Shown: piece by piece, positions 8,482 through 16,675 of the stretch | Layout of the letters: each line of letters opens with the position of its first letter | Numbering within the stretch: the first letter of the stretch is position 1 | Assembly (NCBI GenBank): GCA_050692015.1 | Contig: JBOGTE010000001.1 | Coordinates: 1-52,092 of the forward strand | Source: Candidatus Limnocylindria bacterium | Lineage (GTDB): Bacteria > Chloroflexota > Limnocylindria > P2-11E | Direction of reading: 5' to 3' | Length of the DNA stretch: 52,092 bases | Made by a program: the position numbers and the translations under genes | Notes under the pieces: model-generated | Told to the model about the DNA's origin: nothing | The model's input: only the letters and a program-made list of their open reading frames with translations | The model's database searches: none

Positions 8482-8756
8482 GCTGTACGGGTCGCGCGAG
8501 GCTGGGCCGCGACCTCGGCCAGCCGCGCGCGGAACTTCCGCTCCGAGGGCCGGCCGTACTGGAGGAACTGGCCGTTCACAAAGATCGCGGGCGGAAAGAG
8601 GACGCCGCTCGAGAACGCGAGAGTGCGTCCTTCCTCCTCCTCAGTCGAACGCGTTTCCGTCGTGAGCTCGAACTCGCTCGCGAGGCGATCGATGAGCGCC
8701 TTGGCCTCATCGCACCAGTGGCAGCCCGGCGCCGTGAGGAGAAGCACCTTGGTCAC
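8478..8756 (-). CDS. Glutaredoxin/thioredoxin-like small protein (CxxC = CHWC)
   Basis: MTKVLLLTAPGCHWCDEAKALIDRL... has a thioredoxin-fold start. It shows 4-nt overlaps with both neighbours. Confidence 0.7.
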   Translation of the reverse strand: MTKVLLLTAPGCHWCDEAKALIDRLASEFELTTETRSTEEEEGRTLAFSSGVLFPPAIFVNGQFLQYGRPSERKFRARLAEVAAQPRATRTA

Positions 8757-9436
8757 TTCCCGAGCGCCTTGGCGACCGGGTCGAGGATCATCGGATCGGG
8801 AACGTACATCTCCCTGAAGTCGCGGCGCCAGAGGATCTTGCCCTGCCGGTCGATGAGGACAAAGCTATGTCCGGGCGTGGCGCCGTTCATCATCCCCGTG
8901 TAGAGCATCTGGTAGGTCTTTGACACGGCGAGGCCCGCGTCTGACAGCAAGATCATGTCGCTCACCTGTTCCCGGCTCGCGGTCTGCGTGAGGACGCTGA
9001 GCGGATCCACAGTGATCGTCACAAGCTGGACATTCAGCGCCCTTAGTTTCTCGCCGTCGCGCTTCAGGTCGCGCATCTGCTGCCAGCAGGGCGGGCACAT
9101 CGCTCCTTCCTGGAAGTAGAGGAGGACGTTGCCGTTGGCCTGCAGCTCGGAGAGCCGGACCGAGCGGCCGTCGGTCGCAGGGAGCGAGAAGTCGGGCGCA
9201 CGCTGGCCCGCGAGGAGCGTGATGCGGGGATCGGCCGGACGCTCCGCCGTCGATCCGGTGCGTCCGGGGTCGCTCGCTCGCTGGTCGTAGGGCCCGATCA
9301 CGCCGAAATAGAGGAGCCCGAGGAGCACGATCACCGCCGTGCCCACGATCCACCAGACGGGCGGGAACGAGCTCCTCTCGGTCCTCGTCCGCCTCCCGGC
9401 GCCTCTCGATCGCTCCGCCCGCGCGCGCTCGCTCAC
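8753..9436 (-). CDS. Membrane-anchored AhpC/TSA (redoxin) family protein with a CPPC motif
   Basis: N-terminal TM anchor, APDFSLPATDGRSVRLSEL..LLYFQEGAMCPPCWQQ, and a C-terminal peroxiredoxin-like fold. Confidence 0.75.
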   Translation of the reverse strand: MSERARAERSRGAGRRTRTERSSFPPVWWIVGTAVIVLLGLLYFGVIGPYDQRASDPGRTGSTAERPADPRITLLAGQRAPDFSLPATDGRSVRLSELQANGNVLLYFQEGAMCPPCWQQMRDLKRDGEKLRALNVQLVTITVDPLSVLTQTASREQVSDMILLSDAGLAVSKTYQMLYTGMMNGATPGHSFVLIDRQGKILWRRDFREMYVPDPMILDPVAKALGK

Positions 9437-9471
9437 ATCAGCTCCCCTTCGCGCTCCTCGTACTACGTTCG

Positions 9472-9477
9472 ATAGTA
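9472..9477 (-). promoter_or_regulatory. Candidate -10 box (TACTAT on the minus strand) inside the inverted repeat GTACTA-N7-TAGTAC
   Basis: An AT-richer 19-nt hairpin (9460-9478) lies in the 46-nt gap between the TlpA-like stop and the redoxin start. Confidence 0.2.
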
Positions 9478-9482
9478 CCGGG

Positions 9483-10124
9483 TCAGGGAGCGGCAGCCTT
9501 CGCGATCCCGCGGCGGATGCGTTCCGCCTCGAGCGGACCGCCGATGTCCACGTGCCTGATGACGCCGCCGGCGCTCACGTAGGTCGTCTGGGGCAGCGAG
9601 AAGAGCCCGTATGCGCGCGACACCGACCCGTCCTCGTCGATGATCAGCCGCAGATGCGTCAACGAATGCTCCTTGGCGAAGTCGCGCACCGCCTGCGGCG
9701 TCTCCTGCAGGTCGATCATGAGGAACACGACGTCGGGCGTCGTCTTCGCGAGCTGCTCGAAGGTCGGCATCTCGGTCCGGCAGGGCACGCACCACGTGGC
9801 CCAGAAGTTCACGATCACGACGCGCCCCTCGAGCTCGGAAAGGCGGCGGATCGAGCCGTCCGGCTCGACCCACTCGAAGTCAGGGGCGCGCGCGCCGATG
9901 CGTCCGGCCGCACCCTCCCGTTCCAACTTGCGCAGCACGCGGGCGACCCCTCCGGCCGGCCGCTGTCCCGCCGTCGGGCCGTCTGGGGCGGGGGGCGAGC
10001 CGTCGTCGGAGGCGCTCGGGGGAGCGCACCCGAGCGCAACGAGCGCCGCGCCGATGAGCAGCGCGACGACCCTACGCCGCGCGCCGGCGGAGCCGAGAAC
10101 GCGTCCGGAAGGGGCCGGGGTCAT
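9483..10124 (-). CDS. TlpA/ResA-family thiol:disulfide oxidoreductase lipoprotein
   Basis: Signal peptide with Cys (LVALGCAP), VVIVNFWATWCVPCRTEMP, and LPQTTYV (cis-Pro region). Confidence 0.85.
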   Translation of the reverse strand: MTPAPSGRVLGSAGARRRVVALLIGAALVALGCAPPSASDDGSPPAPDGPTAGQRPAGGVARVLRKLEREGAAGRIGARAPDFEWVEPDGSIRRLSELEGRVVIVNFWATWCVPCRTEMPTFEQLAKTTPDVVFLMIDLQETPQAVRDFAKEHSLTHLRLIIDEDGSVSRAYGLFSLPQTTYVSAGGVIRHVDIGGPLEAERIRRGIAKAAAP

Positions 10125-10142
10125 TACTATCCACCATCGTAG

Positions 10143-10679
10143 ATGAGGCTCGCGGCCACGACGATCGTCCTGGCGATGCTGCTCGCGGGATGCGCGGAGA
10201 ACGGCCCATCGGCCGCTTCGAGCGACAAGCTCGATCAGCCGATCGACCGGCCGCTGCCGGCGCTCGAGGGAGAGCTCCTCTCCGGCGGCCGGCTCGACCC
10301 CGCGCTGATAGAGAGCGCTGACGTCACCGTCATCCCGTTCTGGGCGTCATGGTGCGTCCCCTGCCGGCGTGAACAGCCGCTCCTGAGCCGGGTCGCCGAC
10401 CGCTACCGTGATCGGGGCGTGGTGTTCGTCGGGGTCGATTATCGCGACGATCCGGCCGAGGCGGCCGCCTTCGTGACCGAGTTCGGTGTGGGGTATCCGA
10501 GCGTCCGCGATCCCTCGGCCCGCTTGGGGGCCGCGTTCGGCGTGGTCGGCGTCCCGACGACGTTCGTCGTACGCGGCGGCCGCCTCGTGCACCTCTTCCA
10601 GGGCACGGTGAGCGAGGACCGGCTGCGGGAGGTCCTCGAGCGCGAGCTGGCTGCGGCAGCGCGCAGGTCGCGTCCGTGA
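10143..10679 (+). CDS. TlpA/ResA-family thiol:disulfide oxidoreductase lipoprotein
   Basis: Lipobox MLLAGC, FWASWCVPCRREQP, and GVPTTFVV. Confidence 0.85.
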   Translation: MRLAATTIVLAMLLAGCAENGPSAASSDKLDQPIDRPLPALEGELLSGGRLDPALIESADVTVIPFWASWCVPCRREQPLLSRVADRYRDRGVVFVGVDYRDDPAEAAAFVTEFGVGYPSVRDPSARLGAAFGVVGVPTTFVVRGGRLVHLFQGTVSEDRLREVLERELAAAARRSRP

Positions 10680-11389
10680 GCGCCCTGTGGCCGCTCGCCT
10701 TCGTCGCCGGCGTCATCTCCATCAGCTCGCCGTGCGCCCTCCCGCTGCTGCCGGGCTACGTCGCCCACGTGGCCGGCCTGGTCGGCCGCACCTCTGACGG
10801 CGGACGCGGCCGTGTCCTGCTGGGCGCGCTCCTCTTCGTCGCGGGGTTCACCACCGTGTTCGCGGCGCTCGGCGCGTCGATCGGCCTCCTCGGCGGACTG
10901 CTCCTCGGGCAGCGCGCCATGCTCATGCAGGCCGCGGGGGTCCTCATCATCGGCATGGCGGTCCTCCAGGTGACCGGCTGGCGGCCCGGGATGCTGGCAC
11001 GGTCGGCGGCCCCGTCGGCGGGTTTCCCGGTGGGTCTTGCCGGATCCTTTCCCTTGGGCATGGCGTTCGCCGCGACCTGGACACCGTGCGTGGGGCCGGT
11101 GCTCGCCGCCGTCCTGCTGGCGGCCAGCGTCGAGGCCTCCGCGGCCGAAGGCGCCGCGCTGCTCGTCATCTACTCGCTCGGGCTCGGCGTCCCCTTCGTC
11201 CTCACCGCGGTCGCGCTCGAGCGGGTCCGCCGGGTGCGCGAGCTGCTGCTGCGCCGGCACCGCACGATCGAGGTCGCCGGCGGTCTCGTGCTCGCGGCGA
11301 TGGGCATCCTCATCGTGACCGACCGCTGGCTCCCGCTGATGGCGCCTCTGCTCCGCTGGTACGCGCAGCTCAACTGGCCGCCGTTCTGA
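10676..11389 (+). CDS. ccdA: Cytochrome c biogenesis thiol-reductant transporter CcdA
   Basis: Canonical ISSPCALPLLPGY and TWTPCVGPVLAAVL motifs, 6 TM helices, GTGA overlap with the upstream ResA-like gene. Confidence 0.9.
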   Translation: MSALWPLAFVAGVISISSPCALPLLPGYVAHVAGLVGRTSDGGRGRVLLGALLFVAGFTTVFAALGASIGLLGGLLLGQRAMLMQAAGVLIIGMAVLQVTGWRPGMLARSAAPSAGFPVGLAGSFPLGMAFAATWTPCVGPVLAAVLLAASVEASAAEGAALLVIYSLGLGVPFVLTAVALERVRRVRELLLRRHRTIEVAGGLVLAAMGILIVTDRWLPLMAPLLRWYAQLNWPPF

Positions 11390-11461
11390 CGTGGCCCGGG
11401 ATGTGGTCTACTATCGTGCATCGTACGAAGTGCGCCGCGGTACGCGGCAGGAGGTCCCATC

Positions 11462-11797
11462 GTGAACATGCTCAGGATGTGCTACGACCCGCGGGTCCTC
11501 ATCGGCCTTGCCGCGGTGGGAGTGACGACCTGGGTCGTCGCTCCGCAGCTCGTCCTCGCCGTGCTGCCGCTGTTGTTCCTGGCGGCCTGCCCGCTCTCGA
11601 TGCTCCTGATGGCGAAGATGATGATGCCGGGGCAGAAGCAGCCCGGAGCGAGCATGGACCCGCGCGCCCGCGTCGCCGCGCTGGAGCAGGCGCAGGCGCG
11701 CCTGGCGCAGGAGCTTACGAGCGCTCGCGCGGAGGCGGAGGCTGTACCGCCGACTCACCCCGAGCCCGAGCGTCTGGCGGAGCGAGCCCGCACCTAG
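11462..11797 (+). CDS. DUF2933-like small membrane protein
   Basis: Two TM helices with LFLAACPLSMLLMAKMMMPG (the CP..M-rich signature of DUF2933) and a coiled C-terminal tail. GGAGG lies 6 nt upstream of the GTG. Confidence 0.5.
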   Translation: MNMLRMCYDPRVLIGLAAVGVTTWVVAPQLVLAVLPLLFLAACPLSMLLMAKMMMPGQKQPGASMDPRARVAALEQAQARLAQELTSARAEAEAVPPTHPEPERLAERART

Positions 11798-11880
11798 CGC
11801 TCCGCCGCTCCTCCCGCGCGCTTGCGCTGTCCCTCGCCACGACTACGATGGTCTGTAGTAGGTAGTCCGCCGAGGGGAAC

Positions 11881-12349
11881 GTCAGGCTGAGCATCGCCAA
11901 CATCGGGACGAGCGCCCTCACGGTCGCGCTCGTCCTCGCCGTCTGGGGCGCGGGAGCCTCGGGGTACGCCGCCGCGCGCAGGGACGCGGCGTTCCTGCGG
12001 AGCGCGCGGCTGGCCTCGGCCTTCGTCCTGCTCCTCGTCCTCGCCGCGTCGGGCGCGATGGTCGCCGCGCTGCTGACCCACGACTTCTCGATCCGCTACG
12101 TCGCCCTCAACAACGCCCGCGAGACGCCGCCCTTCTACAGCGCGATCTCGCTGTGGGCGGCGCTGGAGGGCTCATTCCTCCTCTGGACGCTCGTGCTCGC
12201 CGGCGCGACCGCGTGGGTGGCGTGGCGCGGCACGCGCGAGATCCCACGTCTCGCCACCGCCGCCCTCGCCGCTCCTCGTCCCGCTCGTCTCGTGGCTGTG
12301 GGCCGGCGCCGTCGTCGTCGGCCTGGGCGCGGTCATCGCGGCGCTCCCT
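11881..12349 (+). pseudogene. ccmF: ccmF remnant: ~125 N-terminal codons fused to ~23 C-terminal codons, with the internal ~500 codons deleted and no canonical start
   Basis: Frame 1 reads ..LTHDFSIRYVALNNARETPPFYSAISLWAALEGSFLLWTLVLAG (compare E. coli CcmF NDFTVTYVASNSN..WGAHEGSLLLWVLL). Frame 2 at 12281-12349 reads PLVSWLWAGAVVVGLGAVIAALP, like the last CcmF TM helix. The expected start position is GTC after GAGGGG. Confidence 0.7.
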
Positions 12350-12350
12350 C

Positions 12351-12870
12351 CGCCGCATCGTCGCCGTCACGACCTTCGTCGCGCTCGCGGCGATCGTCCT
12401 CGTGCTGGCGACGGGCTTCCAGCGCGACCCGCGCGACATCAGGGGCGGGATCGTCGGACGGCCCGCTCCGTCGTTCGACCTGCCCCGCCTCGACGGGGCG
12501 GGACGTGTCCGGCTCGCGGACGAGCTGGCCCAGGGGAAGGCGGTCGTCGTCTACTTCTTCGCTTCGTGGTGCGTCCCCTGCAAGCAGGAGTACCCGATCC
12601 TCGTCCGTGTGTGGGACCGCTAACGGACGAGCGACGTGTGCTCATCGTCGGGATCCTCTTCCAGGATGCGCCCGAGGCCGGACTCCAGTTCCACACCGAG
12701 CGCGGTGGCACGTGGCCGACGGTATACGACGAGGAGAGCCGCACCGCGCTGGCCTTCGGCGTGTACGGGATCCCTGAGACGTACTTCATCCGCCCCGACG
12801 GCAGCGTCGCCGGGCGTCAGGTCGGGCTCATGGGCGAGGAGACGCTCATCGCGGGGATCGAGGCGATCCG
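12351..12870 (+). pseudogene. ccmG: ccmG/dsbE (thiol:disulfide interchange) disrupted by a frameshift near 12620
   Basis: Frame 0 reads RRIVAVTTFVALAAIVLVL..VVVYFFASWCVPCKQEYPILVRVWDR* (stop 12621-12623). Homology continues in frame 2: RRVLIVGILFQDAPEAG..WPTVYDE..ALAFGVYGIPETYFIRPDGSV. No canonical start codon is visible. Confidence 0.75.
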
Positions 12871-13051
12871 CATCGCCGGCGAGCTGCGCTGCCCGGTCTG
12901 CCAGGCCCTTTCCGTGCGGGACTCGCCATCCGAGACCGCCCGCGCCATCCGCGAGGAGATCGCGCGCCGCGTGGCCGAGGGCCGCACGGATGAAGAGATC
13001 GTGCGGGAGTTCCGCGACGCGTACGGCGACTGGATCCTCCTGGCCCCGCCG
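12871..13051 (+). pseudogene. ccmH: ccmH fragment fused in frame to the ccmG C-terminal half, lacking the signal peptide and C-terminal TM helix
   Basis: LRCPVCQALSVRDSPSETARAIREEIARRVAEGRTDEEIVREFRDAYGDWILLAPP matches the CcmH core (LRCPxCQ..S..DS.A..A..(L/M)R..(I/V)....G....EI......YGD(F/W)(V/I)...PP). Homology stops at ~13051. Confidence 0.7.
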
Positions 13052-13088
13052 GTCGCGGACGCGAGGGCCACGATCAGGCGCCAAGCAG

Positions 13089-13116
13089 TTGCCGGAACAA
13101 CTATGGCTGATAGTAT
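13089..13116 (+). promoter_or_regulatory. Candidate promoter TTGCCG-N16-TAGTAT, 6 nt upstream of ATG 13123 (leaderless geometry)
   Basis: It lies in a locally low-GC stretch (13070-13290) and has the same TAGTAT-N6-start arrangement as 5958-5970. Confidence 0.3.
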
Positions 13117-13122
13117 GTCTTC

Positions 13123-13287
13123 ATGGCCGATGGACCTCGCCGCTGGCCATGGCAGGATCCGTACGACGGGAGCATCACTCCGGGATGGGCGATCACGTTC
13201 TTCACGAGCATCATCGTGGTGATCGGATCGCTCAGTTACTGGCTGAATGACATGCACATGTACGGCTACGGCATCTTCGCTCGATGA
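13123..13287 (+). CDS. Hypothetical 54-aa single-TM protein
   Basis: MADGPRRWPWQDPYDGSITPGWAITFFTSIIVVIGSLSYWLNDMHMYGYGIFAR has one clear TM helix. By my count about 78% of its codons end in G or C (GC3). It ends 10 nt before the Met-rich gene. It is too short for the supplied ORF track and I recognise no homology. Confidence 0.3.
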   Translation: MADGPRRWPWQDPYDGSITPGWAITFFTSIIVVIGSLSYWLNDMHMYGYGIFAR

Positions 13288-13297
13288 AGGGAGCACG

Positions 13298-13612
13298 ATG
13301 ATGCGAAACCTCAAGCGAGCCCTCATGGCTGGACTCCTGACGCTCCTCGCGCTTGGGACTCTCGGCACCCTCGCGCTCGCGGACGACGGCGGCGTGATGC
13401 AGCGGATGATGGGTCACGACGCCTTCACCGCGATGGTCGAGCAGATGCGCGACGTGCTCGGCGCCGAGCGCGCGGATCAGATGGTCGCCTCGTGCGAGGC
13501 GCATATGGCGCAGGTCAACGCGGGCGGCTCCTCCGGCACGGCCGGCATGATGAGCGGGGGCATGGGTGCGATGATGAGCGGAGACATGGGCCGCATGATG
13601 GCTGGCCGTTGA
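13298..13612 (+). CDS. Secreted Met/His-rich small protein, paralogous to the C-terminus of the 4519-5163 product
   Basis: Signal peptide MMRNLKRALMAGLLTLLALGTLGTLALA, then DDGGVMQRMMGHDAFTAMVEQMRDVLGAERADQMVASCEAHM..MMSGGMGAMMSGDMGRMMAG. GGGAG lies upstream of ATG 13298; the ORF track starts at 13247. Confidence 0.6.
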   Translation: MMRNLKRALMAGLLTLLALGTLGTLALADDGGVMQRMMGHDAFTAMVEQMRDVLGAERADQMVASCEAHMAQVNAGGSSGTAGMMSGGMGAMMSGDMGRMMAGR

Positions 13613-13656
13613 GCCTGGATCGTCCCGTTCGCCCTCACGTCATCCTGCCGAAGGCG

Positions 13657-13953
13657 ATGACCGCCGCCCACGACCGGAGGACCGGCCCCGAGGAGTGGTT
13701 CCTCGGCGCGCTGCAGCGGCGCGTCCTCGAGGCGCTGTCGAAGCGCGGCTCGAGCACGGTGCGCGAGATCACCGACGAGCTGGATGACGAGTACGCCTAT
13801 ACGACCGTGATGACCGTGCTCGGCCGTCTGCACGAGAAGCGTCTCGTGGACCGTCGGCAGCGGGGCCGAGGTTACCTCTACGAAGCCAGATATCCGCTCG
13901 AGGAGCTGCGACGGCGGATGGCCGAGTACCTCGTGGATGGGCTCGTCGAGGAC
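13657..13953 (+). pseudogene. Second BlaI/CopY-family regulator, truncated at the 3' end (homology ends at ..EYLVDGLVED)
   Basis: MTAAHDRRTGPEEWFLGALQRRVLEALSKRGSSTVREITDEL..AYTTVMTVLGRLHEKRLVDRRQRGRGYLYEARY..MAEYLVDGLVED parallels 5970-6398 up to ..KYLVDEIVED. After ~13953 the frame stays open to 14520, but that stretch is antisense to the cyclase gene. Confidence 0.65.
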
Positions 13954-13954
13954 G

Positions 13955-16620
13955 CTCGTGCGCCAGTAGGAGCCCTCCGGCACGCCCGCCGCGGCGGCGA
14001 GCGACGCGTCCCAGTTCCCGCGGTACGTCTCGTTCCACACGCGCAGGTTCTGGAGCATCGGGTGCTGGATGCCGTGCCGTGCCGCGTATGCCGCCGCCTC
14101 GTCGATGATGCGGTCCGCGTCGCGAGGGTCCGCCACGATGACGATGTTGGTGAACCCGCGCACGGCTACGTCCGGCATGCCGCCCTCCACGGCAAGGTCG
14201 AGACCCCGGCGGAGGAGCTCCCGGCCCGCGTCGCGGCTCGTGCGGCTGAGGGACGTGCCTTTCGTGATGAGTCCGTTCGCCACCGTCCACGTGTCGCGGT
14301 CCCTCTCGCCCAGCGCGATGGCCCGGTCGGCCAGCGCGATGGCCTGGTCGTCGTGCCGCGAGAGCATCTCGTGCGTCGCCAGGTGAGCGATGGCGCGCCC
14401 GTGCTCGACACCCTCCTCGACGCCATCGAGAACGGCCAGGGCCGTGCGCGCGATCTCGAGCGCGCGATCGGGGTCCCCGAGCTGCCAGGTGCTCCGGCTG
14501 GCGAGGCGCAGCATGCGTGACTCGCCACGCACATCCCGGCGTTCGCGGTAGAGCGCGGCGGCCTCATCGGCGGCTTTGCGTGAGAGCGACCAGTCGTAGA
14601 GGTGGTACGCCTCGGCCAGGCGCTCCGTCGCGCCAGGGAGGTCCAGAGCGGTGACGCCGACCTCGAGCGCCTTCTCGTAGTGCGCGGCGGCCTCGCGCGG
14701 CGCGTACGTGCGGAACGCGCGCTCGGCCGCTCGCAGGAGGTGTGGCACCGCGGCCTCGCCCTCGCCCGCGGCGATGAGGTGATGGGCCACGAGCGCGGGC
14801 TCCGCACGGTCGTCCGCCGACAGCGCGTGGGCCACCGACCGGTGCAGGCGCTTGCGCTCGCGCACGAGCAGGTCGTCGTACACGACCTCCTTGGTCAGGG
14901 CGTGCCGGAAGCCGTACTCGTCATCGTCCCCGCCGAGCTCGACCCCGAGCTGCTGCTCGATGAGCTCGCGCAGGTGGCCCTCGAGGTCGCGCTCGTCGAT
15001 GCCGCGCACGCTCCGGAGCAGCTCGAACGGCGTGCGCAGGCCGACGACCGCTGCCGCCGACAGGGTCGTCTGCGCGTCCGCGCTGAGGCGGTCGATGCGC
15101 TCCCGGACCGCCTCGCGGACCGAGCCGGGGATGCGGAGCTCTTCGATGGGCTTGCGGTCCCAGCCCGAGCCCTCGCGGAAGTACACGTCGCCCGACTCGA
15201 CCAGCGACTTGAGCAGCTCCTCCGTGAAGAACGGATTGCCCTCGGAGCGGGCGTAGATGGCGTCCCGGAACTCGTCACTGACCCGGATGTTGGGGTCCTT
15301 CTGGCGGAAGGTCGCGTCGATGAGCGCGCGCACCTGCTCCCTGTCGAGCCGTCCCAGCGAGATCTCGCTGACGGCGCGCTCCCGCTGCATCGTTCCGAGC
15401 ACACGGAGGAGCGGGTGGCGGCGGTGCATCTCGTCGCTGCGGTACGTCCCGAGCAGGAGGACGCGCGAGTCGCGCAGCTCGCGAGCCAGGTAGTGGACGA
15501 GCCCCAGGCTGGCCTCGTCCGCCCAGTGCAGGTCCTCGACCACGAGCAGGACCGGCGTCTCCCGCGCGAAGGTGGAGAACAGCCCGAGGAAGGCGACCGA
15601 GAGCCGGTGCTGCTCCACCGCCGACGCCTGCTCCGCCCGCTGGGCCTTCCCAAGCTCGGGGAAGAGCTGGGCGAGGTCCGGCGCGGCCTGGGCCAGGACG
15701 CGACCCAGGCGGTCACGCGCGATCCCACGGAATCCGGACCGAACGGCGGCGACGAACGGCGCGTACGGCAGGCCACGGTCCGACTCCAGCGTCGCGCCGT
15801 ACAGCACGCGGAAGCCGGCCTGCCCCGAGCTCGCGATCGCGCCCCGCACGAATGCGCTCTTGCCCACGCCGGCCTCGCCCGCGACGAGGACCGCCTGTCC
15901 CCTGCCGGACGAGGCCAGCCCGAGGACCTCCGCGAAGCGCGCGTGCTCCGCATCTCGGCCCACCACGACGGGGCAGACGATCTGGCCCGGCACCGGCGAC
16001 GCCGGCGCGGTCACCGTCGGGGCCAGGAGCGGTAGCGGGACGGCCGGCGCACTCTCCGCGACGGCCGCTTCCTCACGCCACTCGACGCTCCACGCGCGCA
16101 CGCGCTCGCCGACCCCCTTGAGGCGCAGCGGTCCTCGGTCCTCCATCTCGTATCGGACGGCCGTCCGGACCAGGCCGCGCAGCGTGTCACTGGCGACGAT
16201 CTCGCCCGCCTTGGCCTTGGACGCGAGCCGGGCGGCGACGTTGACGGCACCGCCGACGAACTGGTCGTCATACGGCACGGTCTCGCCCGCGTGGACGCCG
16301 ATGCCGATCCTGATCTGGGCCTTGGTGTCGCGCCCGGTGTGCGCATGCGCGGCCCGCTGCACCGCCACGGCGCACTGGATCGCGGCGCTCGGCGACTCGA
16401 ACACCACGTAGAAGGAGTCGCCTTCGGTCTTGACCTCGGCACCGGTGTGGCGCTGGACCTCGGCCCGCACGATGTCCCGGTAGCCGCGCAGCAGCTCGGC
16501 CGCGGCCGCGTCGCCGTGCGCTTCCACGAAGTCGGTGTAGTCGCGCAGGTCGCTGAAGAGGAACGCGCGCGTGACGGTGGGCGCCCGGCGTGACGTGGTC
16601 TTGGGAGCGGAGCGGGGCAC
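13955..16620 (-). CDS. Adenylate/guanylate cyclase - AAA/STAND ATPase - TPR multidomain regulator, apparently truncated at the 3' end (ORF stays open to 13477)
   Basis: The N-terminus FLFSDLRDYTDFVE...GDSFYVVF..IGIGVHAGE..GGAVNVAARL is a class III cyclase domain. It is followed by the P-loop GEAGVGKSAF and long TPR-like repeats. Recognisable sequence ends at ..GVPEGSYWRT (~13955); the remaining 159 codons are the antisense of the BlaI-like and Met-rich genes. Confidence 0.85.
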
Positions 16621-16675
16621 GGGCGGATGCTAGGCACCGAGCACGGCAACGGCTAGAGGCGGCCCGTCTAAAGGG

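Noticed and set aside
13477-13954. C-terminal 159 codons of the long cyclase ORF
   Set aside because: This part is the exact antisense of the BlaI-like and Met-rich genes and mirrors the shadow ORF opposite the intact BlaI gene. I treat it as a read-through artefact of a truncation, not as a genuine domain.
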